This document shows, piece by piece, positions 52,208 to 60,112 of a stretch of DNA of 62,799 nucleotides. This DNA is from a virus (lineage: Duplodnaviria > Caudoviricetes), in IMG/VR virus record IMGVR_UViG_3300016472_000673, positions 1 to 62,799 of that record. One strand, given 5' to 3'. The first letter of the stretch is position 1, and every line of letters begins with the position of its first letter. The notes beneath the pieces are model-generated. The model was not told the origin of the DNA. It saw only the letters and a list, made by a program, of their open reading frames with translations, and did not search any database. The translations under genes were made by a program, and so were the position numbers.

Positions 52208-52558
52208 ATGACAAAGTCGCTGATGTATCTGAACCAGATTGAAGAAAAAGCTGGAACAGCTGTGATTGAAAATGCTGATGGAACGTTCAAGGCTATGGTT
52301 GAAATACCAAATCTGGTAACTGGGTATCTAAGAGGCCGACCGATCAATCCTGAATCACGCCGGCAACAAGAATTGAAAGCCAAGGCTGAACGAGCCAAAG
52401 CAAATGGCGGTGTGAAGAGAGGAAGGCCAATCGTAGCTGATTCAGTTCGTCAACAAAAATTAGCTGAGAAAGCAGCTCGAATAGCCGCTGGTGAAGTAAT
52501 TAAGCGTGGACGTCCGAAAATGCAATTGGCTGATGTACTGGTTAGTGTTAATATTTGA
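52208..52558 (+). CDS. AT-hook protein (3 x RGRP)
   Basis: LRGRP, KRGRP, KRGRPKM; followed by a GCAA-loop hairpin at 52583-52608. Confidence 0.8.
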   Translation: MTKSLMYLNQIEEKAGTAVIENADGTFKAMVEIPNLVTGYLRGRPINPESRRQQELKAKAERAKANGGVKRGRPIVADSVRQQKLAEKAARIAAGEVIKRGRPKMQLADVLVSVNI

Positions 52559-52851
52559 ATTAATTAATTAAAAACTATAAAAGCCCCGGACACGCAAGTG
52601 TTCGGGGCATCATAGTCGAAAAGTAGATGTCAAATTAAAATATTATATTTAATCATTAAAAATTAAAAATAATGATTACAGAAGTAGCAATTGAAGTGCT
52701 GAGCGAAATAAGCGCTGCACTTGTTATAGTTGGAGTAATAGCTTATATTTGTATTACATTTACTAAGCCCGAAGAAGATATTGAATGGAAGGATATTAAT
52801 AGGGCGAAATAACAAATATATATTTAATTATTAACAATTAAAAATTAAACC

Positions 52852-53193
52852 ATGACTACCCTCAATCAAAAACTGGATGGCATCAGAAAAGAGGCAGAAG
52901 AGAAAATTAAATCCCTCCTTAAAGAGGGGGAAGATTTCGATTTCCCAGCTTCTTTTCTTGACCCGGAATACGGGAACACAGGACTAGAACTGGATGTATT
53001 TTGCGGAATTCACAAAATGAGTTTCCGCATAACCCAGTTTTTCTGGACAAATGAAAACATCTACTTGGTAGGTGTAGGATGGGATGAAGAGGAAGGATAT
53101 GAAAAAAGCCGGTTGTTTTCCGGTTATGAAATTGGGGTTGAAATGCTGGTAACAACAGCAAAGATAGTTGAAATCATGAAAAATAAAAAATAA
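52852..53193 (+). CDS. Hypothetical protein, last cassette of the array
   Basis: Variant element at ~52803. Confidence 0.65.
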   Translation: MTTLNQKLDGIRKEAEEKIKSLLKEGEDFDFPASFLDPEYGNTGLELDVFCGIHKMSFRITQFFWTNENIYLVGVGWDEEEGYEKSRLFSGYEIGVEMLVTTAKIVEIMKNKK

Positions 53194-53200
53194 AATAATG

Positions 53201-53227
53201 AACCCGGGTTAACAGCCCGGGTTTTTT
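53201..53227 (+). terminator. Intrinsic terminator closing the array
   Basis: aacccgggtt-aac-agcccgggtt plus T-tract. Confidence 0.85.
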
Positions 53228-53533
53228 ACTGCTTAGCAGAACACAGCATCAGCCTAGGCCTCTGCCTAGGCTTTTCTCTTCTACTCCTATATCGGGCCGA
53301 CATCGGTTTGATAGCGATCTATTATCGCTCTGTCCCCATAATAGTTGCGGTCCATCGATGGGGCGGTCTTGCCTAGGAAAAAATGCTCCATATTCTCAAC
53401 TCGCAAACACCTCTCACCATCGACAGTATATACACATATACTTTATTTACAATTTCCATTTTAACCCCTTTTGCAATTCCTTTGTAAAATCTCAAAATCT
53501 CTTTTAATACAATTTTTTTGTATATAAACCTAT

Positions 53534-54058
53534 TTATTTAGAATTTTTATTTTCATTCTTTTCTATTTCCTCTGCTATTAACACATTAGAAAATATAACA
53601 CCCAGTTCTTCTATCACTCGTTGAGCAGTACCAGAATCAATTCTAAACATTTCCCTATCTTCAGACACACGATATTGACTTAAATGGTCATGTACTCTAG
53701 CTTCCAAAACACGTGAAGCATAACATTTAAGATACCACACCACAAACCACGGTGTTGGAACACCAGTTGCTTTACTTATTTCTTTTGCTCGCTCATGTGG
53801 ATTTTTTATTGTCATACCTATTTTAATCATACCAGGCATCGATTCATTAACTAATATGTAAACATATTCTATAGCTCGTACACCGCCTGAAGAGTCGAGT
53901 ACTGCTTCTTTTAAATAAACTACTCGCTCCCATCCCGACCCACTTGGAAAATCAGGCGACGGAATTCTAGTATGATGTGTCGCATATTTAAATTCAGTAT
54001 TAGTGTCTAATTGCACATAATACTTCATATATTCGAGTTTAACATATTTGGTTGCCAT
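53534..54058 (-). CDS. T5orf172/MUG113-type GIY-YIG protein; start moved to ATG 54058
   Basis: YVYILVN..MIKIGMT..ER..TGVPTP..LE..VH..REMF; minus-strand class I element at 54067-54090. Confidence 0.85.
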   Translation of the reverse strand: MATKYVKLEYMKYYVQLDTNTEFKYATHHTRIPSPDFPSGSGWERVVYLKEAVLDSSGGVRAIEYVYILVNESMPGMIKIGMTIKNPHERAKEISKATGVPTPWFVVWYLKCYASRVLEARVHDHLSQYRVSEDREMFRIDSGTAQRVIEELGVIFSNVLIAEEIEKNENKNSK

Positions 54059-54110
54059 AATTAATTTAAATATATTGAAAATATTTTGCCTCCTTTCAAT
54101 ATTTATTATT

Positions 54111-55106
54111 ATGAAGACATACAAAATAAAATCTGAGGATAAAGCTGCTTTCCTTAATCGTATGGAAAAACTTAAATCTCCCATCGATACTACCCAGATT
54201 AAAGATATACCAATTGATAATGCATTTGAAGTAACAATAGAAGACCCTGAGCAACTATTGTTAGTAAAAAAAGTTTTAAATCAAGCACCAAAAATTGATG
54301 TTTTGAAAGAAAATATATCCTTATTAGAAATAATTAAAGAAGCAGTTGCGGATGATATTAAAAAAGCAGCCGAAGCAAAAGCTATTATAAACTGGATAAA
54401 AGGTAAAATAGAAAATTATACGCAAGATACTAAAGAAATAGAATTTTATGATAAACCATATAATAAAATTATTTTAAATTATAATGGATTAAAAATAAAA
54501 ATATTAGAAGCTATTTCAAAAGATAAAAGCCTAGGAAAGTATGTCCCAGCAACTAATGAATTATTTATATATGATGCTGATATAACAGCTAAAGAAACAG
54601 GAAATTTATTTAAAACAAAATTTAAAATAAGTGCTAAATTTAATGAAAAATCTGTATTTCATGAATTAATACATTATTTTGATGCAACACGTCAGTATAA
54701 AGGAGGAAAAGAAGATTTAGTAAAACAAATTGAAAAAATAAAAAATACAAAAGGAGATAAATGGAAAGCATATGTTAATTTCCCAATGGAAATGAATACC
54801 CATTTTTTTGAAAGAGTATTTCCTGAAATTTTAAAAGATATTGAAAATAATAAACAGTTAGTTGTTAAACCATTTCCTGAATTTTTTAAAGAAATGTTTA
54901 AAGATCAATCATTTAGTGATTTTTATGAATATTTAAATGATAAAAATAAAAGAAAAATTCAAAAACGCTTAGGTACGTTATATCTGGAGTTAAAGAATAA
55001 TCCTGATAAGATAAAAGAACTTTCTAAAGTTAATTTGGATAACATAGAAAATGAAAAGGAAAAAGTAGGTTGGCTCAAAAAGATATGGAATAAATTATCT
55101 TCTTAA
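54111..55106 (+). CDS. Protein with zincin-like HExxH domain; start moved to ATG 54111
   Basis: VFHELIHYFD and downstream YVNFPME; class II element at ~54099. Confidence 0.65.
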   Translation: MKTYKIKSEDKAAFLNRMEKLKSPIDTTQIKDIPIDNAFEVTIEDPEQLLLVKKVLNQAPKIDVLKENISLLEIIKEAVADDIKKAAEAKAIINWIKGKIENYTQDTKEIEFYDKPYNKIILNYNGLKIKILEAISKDKSLGKYVPATNELFIYDADITAKETGNLFKTKFKISAKFNEKSVFHELIHYFDATRQYKGGKEDLVKQIEKIKNTKGDKWKAYVNFPMEMNTHFFERVFPEILKDIENNKQLVVKPFPEFFKEMFKDQSFSDFYEYLNDKNKRKIQKRLGTLYLELKNNPDKIKELSKVNLDNIENEKEKVGWLKKIWNKLSS

Positions 55107-55149
55107 GGAAGGCAAAATTTATTTTATATATTTAAAACAAAAAAAAGCT

Positions 55150-55491
55150 ATGAAAAAGTTTGAAAATTGGCTCAACGTAGTTACATCATTCGGAGCAACT
55201 ATTGTTATTGTTGGTGCTTGGCAAAAACTTACTCATCAATCATCGGCTGATGTATTTTTGACTATTGGATTGTTAACTGAAGCGGTTATTTTTGCTTTGT
55301 ATGGTATTCTCTATATGAGAAACCCAATGGGAACAACAGTAGAAACAACAACTATTGCTAATAATGTTAAAGATGTTAATATTGAAGAAAGTATAAACTT
55401 GAATAAAGAAAAAATGAATACATTGAACAAAAATATTGATGAATTAAATTCTGTTTATACGGGAATGTTGGATGTGATGCGTAAAAAATAA
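55150..55491 (+). CDS. gldL: Shortened GldL/PorL-like membrane protein
   Basis: GATIVIVGAWQKLTH..TIGLLTEAVIF (two TMs) and C-terminal LNSVYTGML. Confidence 0.85.
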   Translation: MKKFENWLNVVTSFGATIVIVGAWQKLTHQSSADVFLTIGLLTEAVIFALYGILYMRNPMGTTVETTTIANNVKDVNIEESINLNKEKMNTLNKNIDELNSVYTGMLDVMRKK

Positions 55492-55512
55492 TTTTAATAC
55501 TTTAAATTAGAG

Positions 55513-55545
55513 AAAGAGCTAACTGTAAAGTTAGCTTTTTTTCTT
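55513..55545 (+). terminator. Intrinsic terminator after the gldL-like gene
   Basis: gagctaact-gtaa-agttagctt plus T-tract. Confidence 0.85.
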
Positions 55546-55658
55546 TTTCTTTCCCACAAAATAAGCTTGGCTGAGCAAGAAAAATCCCGTATTTTCTAAC
55601 TACACTACTACAATTATAAAAACGTAGAATGTTGATATTTATAGATAAATATATACTT

Positions 55659-55859
55659 ATGAGATATAAAGCGAACGTAGTAATGCAATTGGAACATATA
55701 GACTCAATTGCAAGCCGTATACAATTCCAAGTAAACAGAGGTTACAATCAAAATCAAATTTTGGAAACTATTGAGATGTTGAAGGAACAAATTGAAAAAA
55801 CTCGTGAAATGGTTTCACTCGAGGACGATGATTTCGCTAAACAATTTTCTGGATTATGA
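55659..55859 (+). CDS. Hypothetical protein; start moved to ATG 55659
   Basis: Class II element at ~55635. Confidence 0.6.
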   Translation: MRYKANVVMQLEHIDSIASRIQFQVNRGYNQNQILETIEMLKEQIEKTREMVSLEDDDFAKQFSGL

Positions 55860-56143
55860 TTTGGTGGCAAATATTACTTTGGGTGGTTGGAATCCACGTT
55901 GTTGAAGTTGTAGGCGTACTTATATTCTTATTAATGAGACGAAATGGTGCTTTAGAAAAAGCACTTGCTGAACAACAACAATATATTGATGCTATTTCAA
56001 TAGTAATTGAAAACTCTGATCAACAATTAAAAGAATTAGATAGAATGGGTGCTTTTGAAGCTGATGATGAAGTAGGAACTTTCTTTAGAAATTTAAAAGA
56101 AATTCAAAACCTTATCAATCAGTTTAAAACAAATCAAAAATAA
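55856..56143 (+). CDS. Membrane-anchored conserved phage protein
   Basis: N-terminal TM; GAFEADDEVGTFF. Confidence 0.7.
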   Translation: MIWWQILLWVVGIHVVEVVGVLIFLLMRRNGALEKALAEQQQYIDAISIVIENSDQQLKELDRMGAFEADDEVGTFFRNLKEIQNLINQFKTNQK

Positions 56144-56156
56144 CTTGAATGTAAAA

Positions 56157-56927
56157 ATGTACTATACAAACGAAGAAACTGATTTATTCTTAGAAGAAGA
56201 ATTACAATTAACAAAGAAAGGAAAACCACGTAAGCGTAAGCCAAAAGAATCTCGTATCTATTTCACTCAAGATACTGAAGATGCTATTGTTGAGTATTTA
56301 ATAACTGAAGACACAGCTTTACGTAATAAAATTTACAATGAACGTATAAAATATGGTTTTTATAAGTTAGCAGAAAATATTATTCATACGTTTAAGTTTT
56401 ATTATACTGATACTGATACAATTGAGGAGTTAAAGCATGAGGTAATTACGTTTTTATTAGAAAAATTACATTTATATAATCCAACTAAGGGTAAAGCGTT
56501 TAGCTATTTTGGAACAATAGCTAAGCGCTATCTTATTGTATATAATGAGAATAATTATAAGAAGTTACAAGAGAAAGCAGACGTAGATGAGAGTGATGAT
56601 GATCAAATGATGCTGTACGAGCATGATGCTAATATAGAAAGAGTATTTGATGAAGTTGTTTTTATAGATCAATATATTAAGTATATAGATATTAATTTAT
56701 TTAAGTTATTTCCTAAAAAACAAGACTCTCAAACAGCTGATGCTATTATTGAATTATTCCGGAAACGTGAATCATTAGAAATATTTAATAAGAAAGCACT
56801 TTACATTTATATTCGAGAAATAACAGATGTTTCTACTCCTCAAGTTACTAAAATTATAAAAAAACTTAAAATAATATATATTCAGCTATACAATGAATAT
56901 TATAATAATGGGTATATAGAAATTTAA
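56157..56927 (+). CDS. Phage sigma factor (T4 gp55-like late sigma); start probably ATG 56157
   Basis: YFTQDTEDAI, KLAENII, YNPTKGKAFSYFGTIAKRY (sigma region 2-like). Confidence 0.75.
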   Translation: MYYTNEETDLFLEEELQLTKKGKPRKRKPKESRIYFTQDTEDAIVEYLITEDTALRNKIYNERIKYGFYKLAENIIHTFKFYYTDTDTIEELKHEVITFLLEKLHLYNPTKGKAFSYFGTIAKRYLIVYNENNYKKLQEKADVDESDDDQMMLYEHDANIERVFDEVVFIDQYIKYIDINLFKLFPKKQDSQTADAIIELFRKRESLEIFNKKALYIYIREITDVSTPQVTKIIKKLKIIYIQLYNEYYNNGYIEI

Positions 56928-56956
56928 GAATTTATATTTATTAGTAAATACAATTT

Positions 56957-57340
56957 ATGTCGAATTTCGATAATGTTACTTTATTTGGGAATACATCGTT
57001 ATCTGATTTATTTAAACAAATACATAAGAATAATAAAGATATTGATAAACAAATTGGAGAATTTATTGATACTTTAAAACCTATGGCATCTTCTAATGCT
57101 GGTTCTGCAGTAATGCTTATGCCTACTGTTAAAGATTTAATTGATGTTAATGTAAAAAATAATGAACAATTAATTAAAATGGCAGCTATTGCTCAAAGAG
57201 CAGCTAGTGTTAATGCATCTAATGGAACTGAGTTAATTAATATGGATGAAATTAATGCATTATTAGAAGAACAAAAAGAAATACAAGAGCAAGGTCAAAA
57301 ACTATTAGAACAAACTCCATCTTATAAATTAGAAAAATGA
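56957..57340 (+). CDS. Helical hypothetical protein
   Basis: Class II element upstream; lies between sigma and baseplate genes. Confidence 0.65.
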   Translation: MSNFDNVTLFGNTSLSDLFKQIHKNNKDIDKQIGEFIDTLKPMASSNAGSAVMLMPTVKDLIDVNVKNNEQLIKMAAIAQRAASVNASNGTELINMDEINALLEEQKEIQEQGQKLLEQTPSYKLEK

Positions 57341-58509
57341 GAGTAAGAGAAAATTTATCTTCTGTAGTATCTTCAATAGGTAAAAATAATTTTTCTCCTC
57401 CTAAAAAAATTCAAATAGGTAGAGTATATGGTGTTGTTACTACTGAAAATACTCCTACCAAAGAAATGTTTGAAAGTGTTGGAGGATTTAATGGGGTAGG
57501 AACTATATTTTATCTTGATTATGCCCAATCTAAAGAAATTGTAGGTACCATAAATAATGAATTTTTTAAAACATGCAAAAGAGCTAAACCTCTTTACCCT
57601 CAGTATCAATATTATCCCTTAATAGGAGAATTAGTTTTTTTAGAAGATCTTGCTTCTCCTGTATCTCAAATATCTAATACTTCTTTTTCTAAATATTATA
57701 TTAGTGTAGTTAATTTATGGACAAATAACCAACAAAATTCTCAACCAGCAAACGATAATGCTAGTTTAGGATCTACATTTTCTGAAAATCCAAATATTAA
57801 GTCTCTAATATCGTATCAAGGAGATTATATTTTAAATAGCAGACAAGGAAGTTCTTTAAGATTTAGTACAGTAACTAGAGGTGTTAATCCTTCAAATGAA
57901 TGGAGCCAAATAGGAAATGAAGCTGATCCTATTACTATTTTAACTAATGGTTTAGCTTATGATTCTACTAAACAATATTATATTGAACAAATAAATAAAG
58001 ATGCTTCATCTCTATATTTAACATCAACTCAAAAAATACCATTGCAAACAGATAAAACAGGAGTTTTAAATAATTTAACAAATCCTTTAAATGCTTCTGA
58101 TTATACAAACTCTCAAGTAATTTTAAACGGAGATAGAGTAGTATTAAATTCTAAAAAGAATGAAGTAATGTTATTTGCTAAAACTAATATTGAATTAAAT
58201 ACTAAAAATATTATTAATTTAAACGCTGATGAAAGAGTTCATTTAAACACAAATATTATTTTTTTAGGAAAATACGATTCACAAAATATACCTCAACCCG
58301 TATTATTAGGTAATAATACTTTTGAAGTATTTGTTTTATTACAACAGACATTAACAACATTAGGATCTTATTTACAAAAAGCTGTAAGTACTTCTGAAGG
58401 TTCTCCTATAATTGGAATAAATACAGCTGGAAAGGAAATAATTAATGATATGAATAGATTATGTGATTTATTAAATAAAATAACATCTAAAAAAGTATTT
58501 ACAACATAA
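57337..58509 (+). CDS. Probable baseplate hub/spike protein (gp5-like)
   Basis: YPLIGELV OB-fold motif, QVILNGDRVVLNSK beta repeats, PVLLGN. Confidence 0.65.
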   Translation: MRVRENLSSVVSSIGKNNFSPPKKIQIGRVYGVVTTENTPTKEMFESVGGFNGVGTIFYLDYAQSKEIVGTINNEFFKTCKRAKPLYPQYQYYPLIGELVFLEDLASPVSQISNTSFSKYYISVVNLWTNNQQNSQPANDNASLGSTFSENPNIKSLISYQGDYILNSRQGSSLRFSTVTRGVNPSNEWSQIGNEADPITILTNGLAYDSTKQYYIEQINKDASSLYLTSTQKIPLQTDKTGVLNNLTNPLNASDYTNSQVILNGDRVVLNSKKNEVMLFAKTNIELNTKNIINLNADERVHLNTNIIFLGKYDSQNIPQPVLLGNNTFEVFVLLQQTLTTLGSYLQKAVSTSEGSPIIGINTAGKEIINDMNRLCDLLNKITSKKVFTT

Positions 58510-59768
58510 TGGCTAATAATTCTATTAATATATCACCCGTTATATCTCCTGATATTGTTAATAATATATCAAAATCTAACAATATTAAATCATTTGGAGA
58601 TCAACTTAAAAATCAAGCTAAAGAGAAGATAATAATAGGAGGTCAAGATAAAATAAAAGAAATAGGAGATAAACAGCTTGAATTAACTATAAAAGAAGAA
58701 CAAGCAGGAGTTAATAAAAATAATACAATAAAAAAAGCTGAGCAAGATTATAACACCAAACAAATAACTGAACAACAATATAATGATATTATTACGGCTG
58801 CTCAAGCTACTTATAATACAGAAATAGCTGCTGTTAATTTAGAAAAACAAAAATTACAACAAGATAAAGATAATATAATTAATGATCCTCTTCAAAAATT
58901 AAAAGATAAACAAAAACAACTAAATAATAAAGTTAAAGCTTTAAAAAAACAAAATATAAATATAGATAATAAAGCTAAAAAAGATTTAGCTAAGCAAGTA
59001 TTATCCAATGCTTCAAAAACATTAGCTCCAATTATTGCTCTTCAATTAACAAATGGTTTTATTTCTATTATTTCTCAACGAAAAAAATTAGAAATTTTAG
59101 TTGATCAAGTAAATGAATATATTGATACTCAAGTTAAAGACCAATCAACTGTTACTATAGCTACTAATTTAAGAAACAACGCTGTTACTTTAATAAATAG
59201 TAATATAAAAAAATTACAAGCAATAGAAAAAATTCTTAAAACAATCACTACTATAATAACTACTATCACAATAATACTAACAGTGATAGAAAGAATATTA
59301 AGTTTACCTATACCTGCTTTACTTCCTGTAAAAGTACAACTTCAACCTACACTACAAAAAATATTAAGATTAATATCAGCTATAAATGCTGTATTAATTA
59401 TAGTAACTAATTTATTAGGAAATGAAATTTTAAAATTAATTGAAATAAGAGAACGTTTAAAAGAAATTAGTTTAAAATTAGATGGCAAAACTTTAAATAG
59501 TTTAGATAGTCAAGAATTTACTGATTTAGTTAGTACTTTTGCTCCTGTTGGTACAGGAGAATTTTTACCCTATAAAGGATTTAATTTTAAACTAAAAGAA
59601 GAAAATAATCCTAAGTTTGTAGTTAAAGGTAATAAACGCCGTTACGCTGTTGCTATTGATCGTGATGGGGTTGAAGTACTTAAAAGTGAATTTTCATTTA
59701 CATTAGACCCTAACGACTTAATAGATCAATTAAAATTAATTATTGATCAACAAAACTTACAAGGATAA
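58509..59768 (+). CDS. Coiled-coil probable structural protein
   Basis: Long heptads, hydrophobic hairpin, RRYAVA C-terminal domain; baseplate context. Confidence 0.6.
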   Translation: MANNSINISPVISPDIVNNISKSNNIKSFGDQLKNQAKEKIIIGGQDKIKEIGDKQLELTIKEEQAGVNKNNTIKKAEQDYNTKQITEQQYNDIITAAQATYNTEIAAVNLEKQKLQQDKDNIINDPLQKLKDKQKQLNNKVKALKKQNINIDNKAKKDLAKQVLSNASKTLAPIIALQLTNGFISIISQRKKLEILVDQVNEYIDTQVKDQSTVTIATNLRNNAVTLINSNIKKLQAIEKILKTITTIITTITIILTVIERILSLPIPALLPVKVQLQPTLQKILRLISAINAVLIIVTNLLGNEILKLIEIRERLKEISLKLDGKTLNSLDSQEFTDLVSTFAPVGTGEFLPYKGFNFKLKEENNPKFVVKGNKRRYAVAIDRDGVEVLKSEFSFTLDPNDLIDQLKLIIDQQNLQG

Positions 59769-59781
59769 AATATTTATAATT

Positions 59782-60111
59782 ATGAATGCTAAAGTATTTA
59801 AACAATTAATTAAAGAAGCAGTTCGCGAAGCTGTTCGTGAAGAAATTGGTGTATTATTGTTAGAACAGAAAAAACAAGAATTAAATGAAAGTAAAACATT
59901 TAGTTTTACAAGTAATGATATACCTGTAAGTACAGATACTAAAACAGCTTTACGTAGCAAAATGAGTACCATGTTTGGGTATGAAACTCCTCAAGCTCAA
60001 TCTCATCTAAAAGTTAATCCAGCATCTGATAACCCATTCGCTGCTTTTATTGCTGACGCGGCCGCTAATATGACTCCACAAGAAGTTTCAGGATTAAGAA
60101 ATTTAGGATAA
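59782..60111 (+). CDS. Hypothetical probable virion protein; start moved to ATG 59782
   Basis: FKQLIKEAVREAVREE; class II element at ~59770. Confidence 0.6.
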   Translation: MNAKVFKQLIKEAVREAVREEIGVLLLEQKKQELNESKTFSFTSNDIPVSTDTKTALRSKMSTMFGYETPQAQSHLKVNPASDNPFAAFIADAAANMTPQEVSGLRNLG

Positions 60112-60112
60112 A

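Larger units (their letters stand above)
40658..53193 (+). repeat. Array of small genes delimited by about 30 copies of the G(G/T)CAAAA-N8-10-TA..TTT element
   Basis: Element sits between one stop codon and the next start in most intergenic gaps. Confidence 0.85.

Noticed and set aside
47060-52830. CRISPR array
   Set aside because: Repeats are degenerate, the intervening DNA is mostly 200-450 bp intact ORFs, and there is no cas operon; the PD-(D/E)XK gene sits in a replication context
56957-57340. Small terminase call
   Set aside because: Only size and helical character fit; no diagnostic motif
2512-59972. Short minus-strand or nested ORFs in the track (e.g. 2512, 4194, 4815, 8735, 12783, 25040, 34516, 46651, 48382, 51661, 57373, 59757)
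   Set aside because: Shadows of well-supported plus-strand genes, without upstream elements or recognisable motifs
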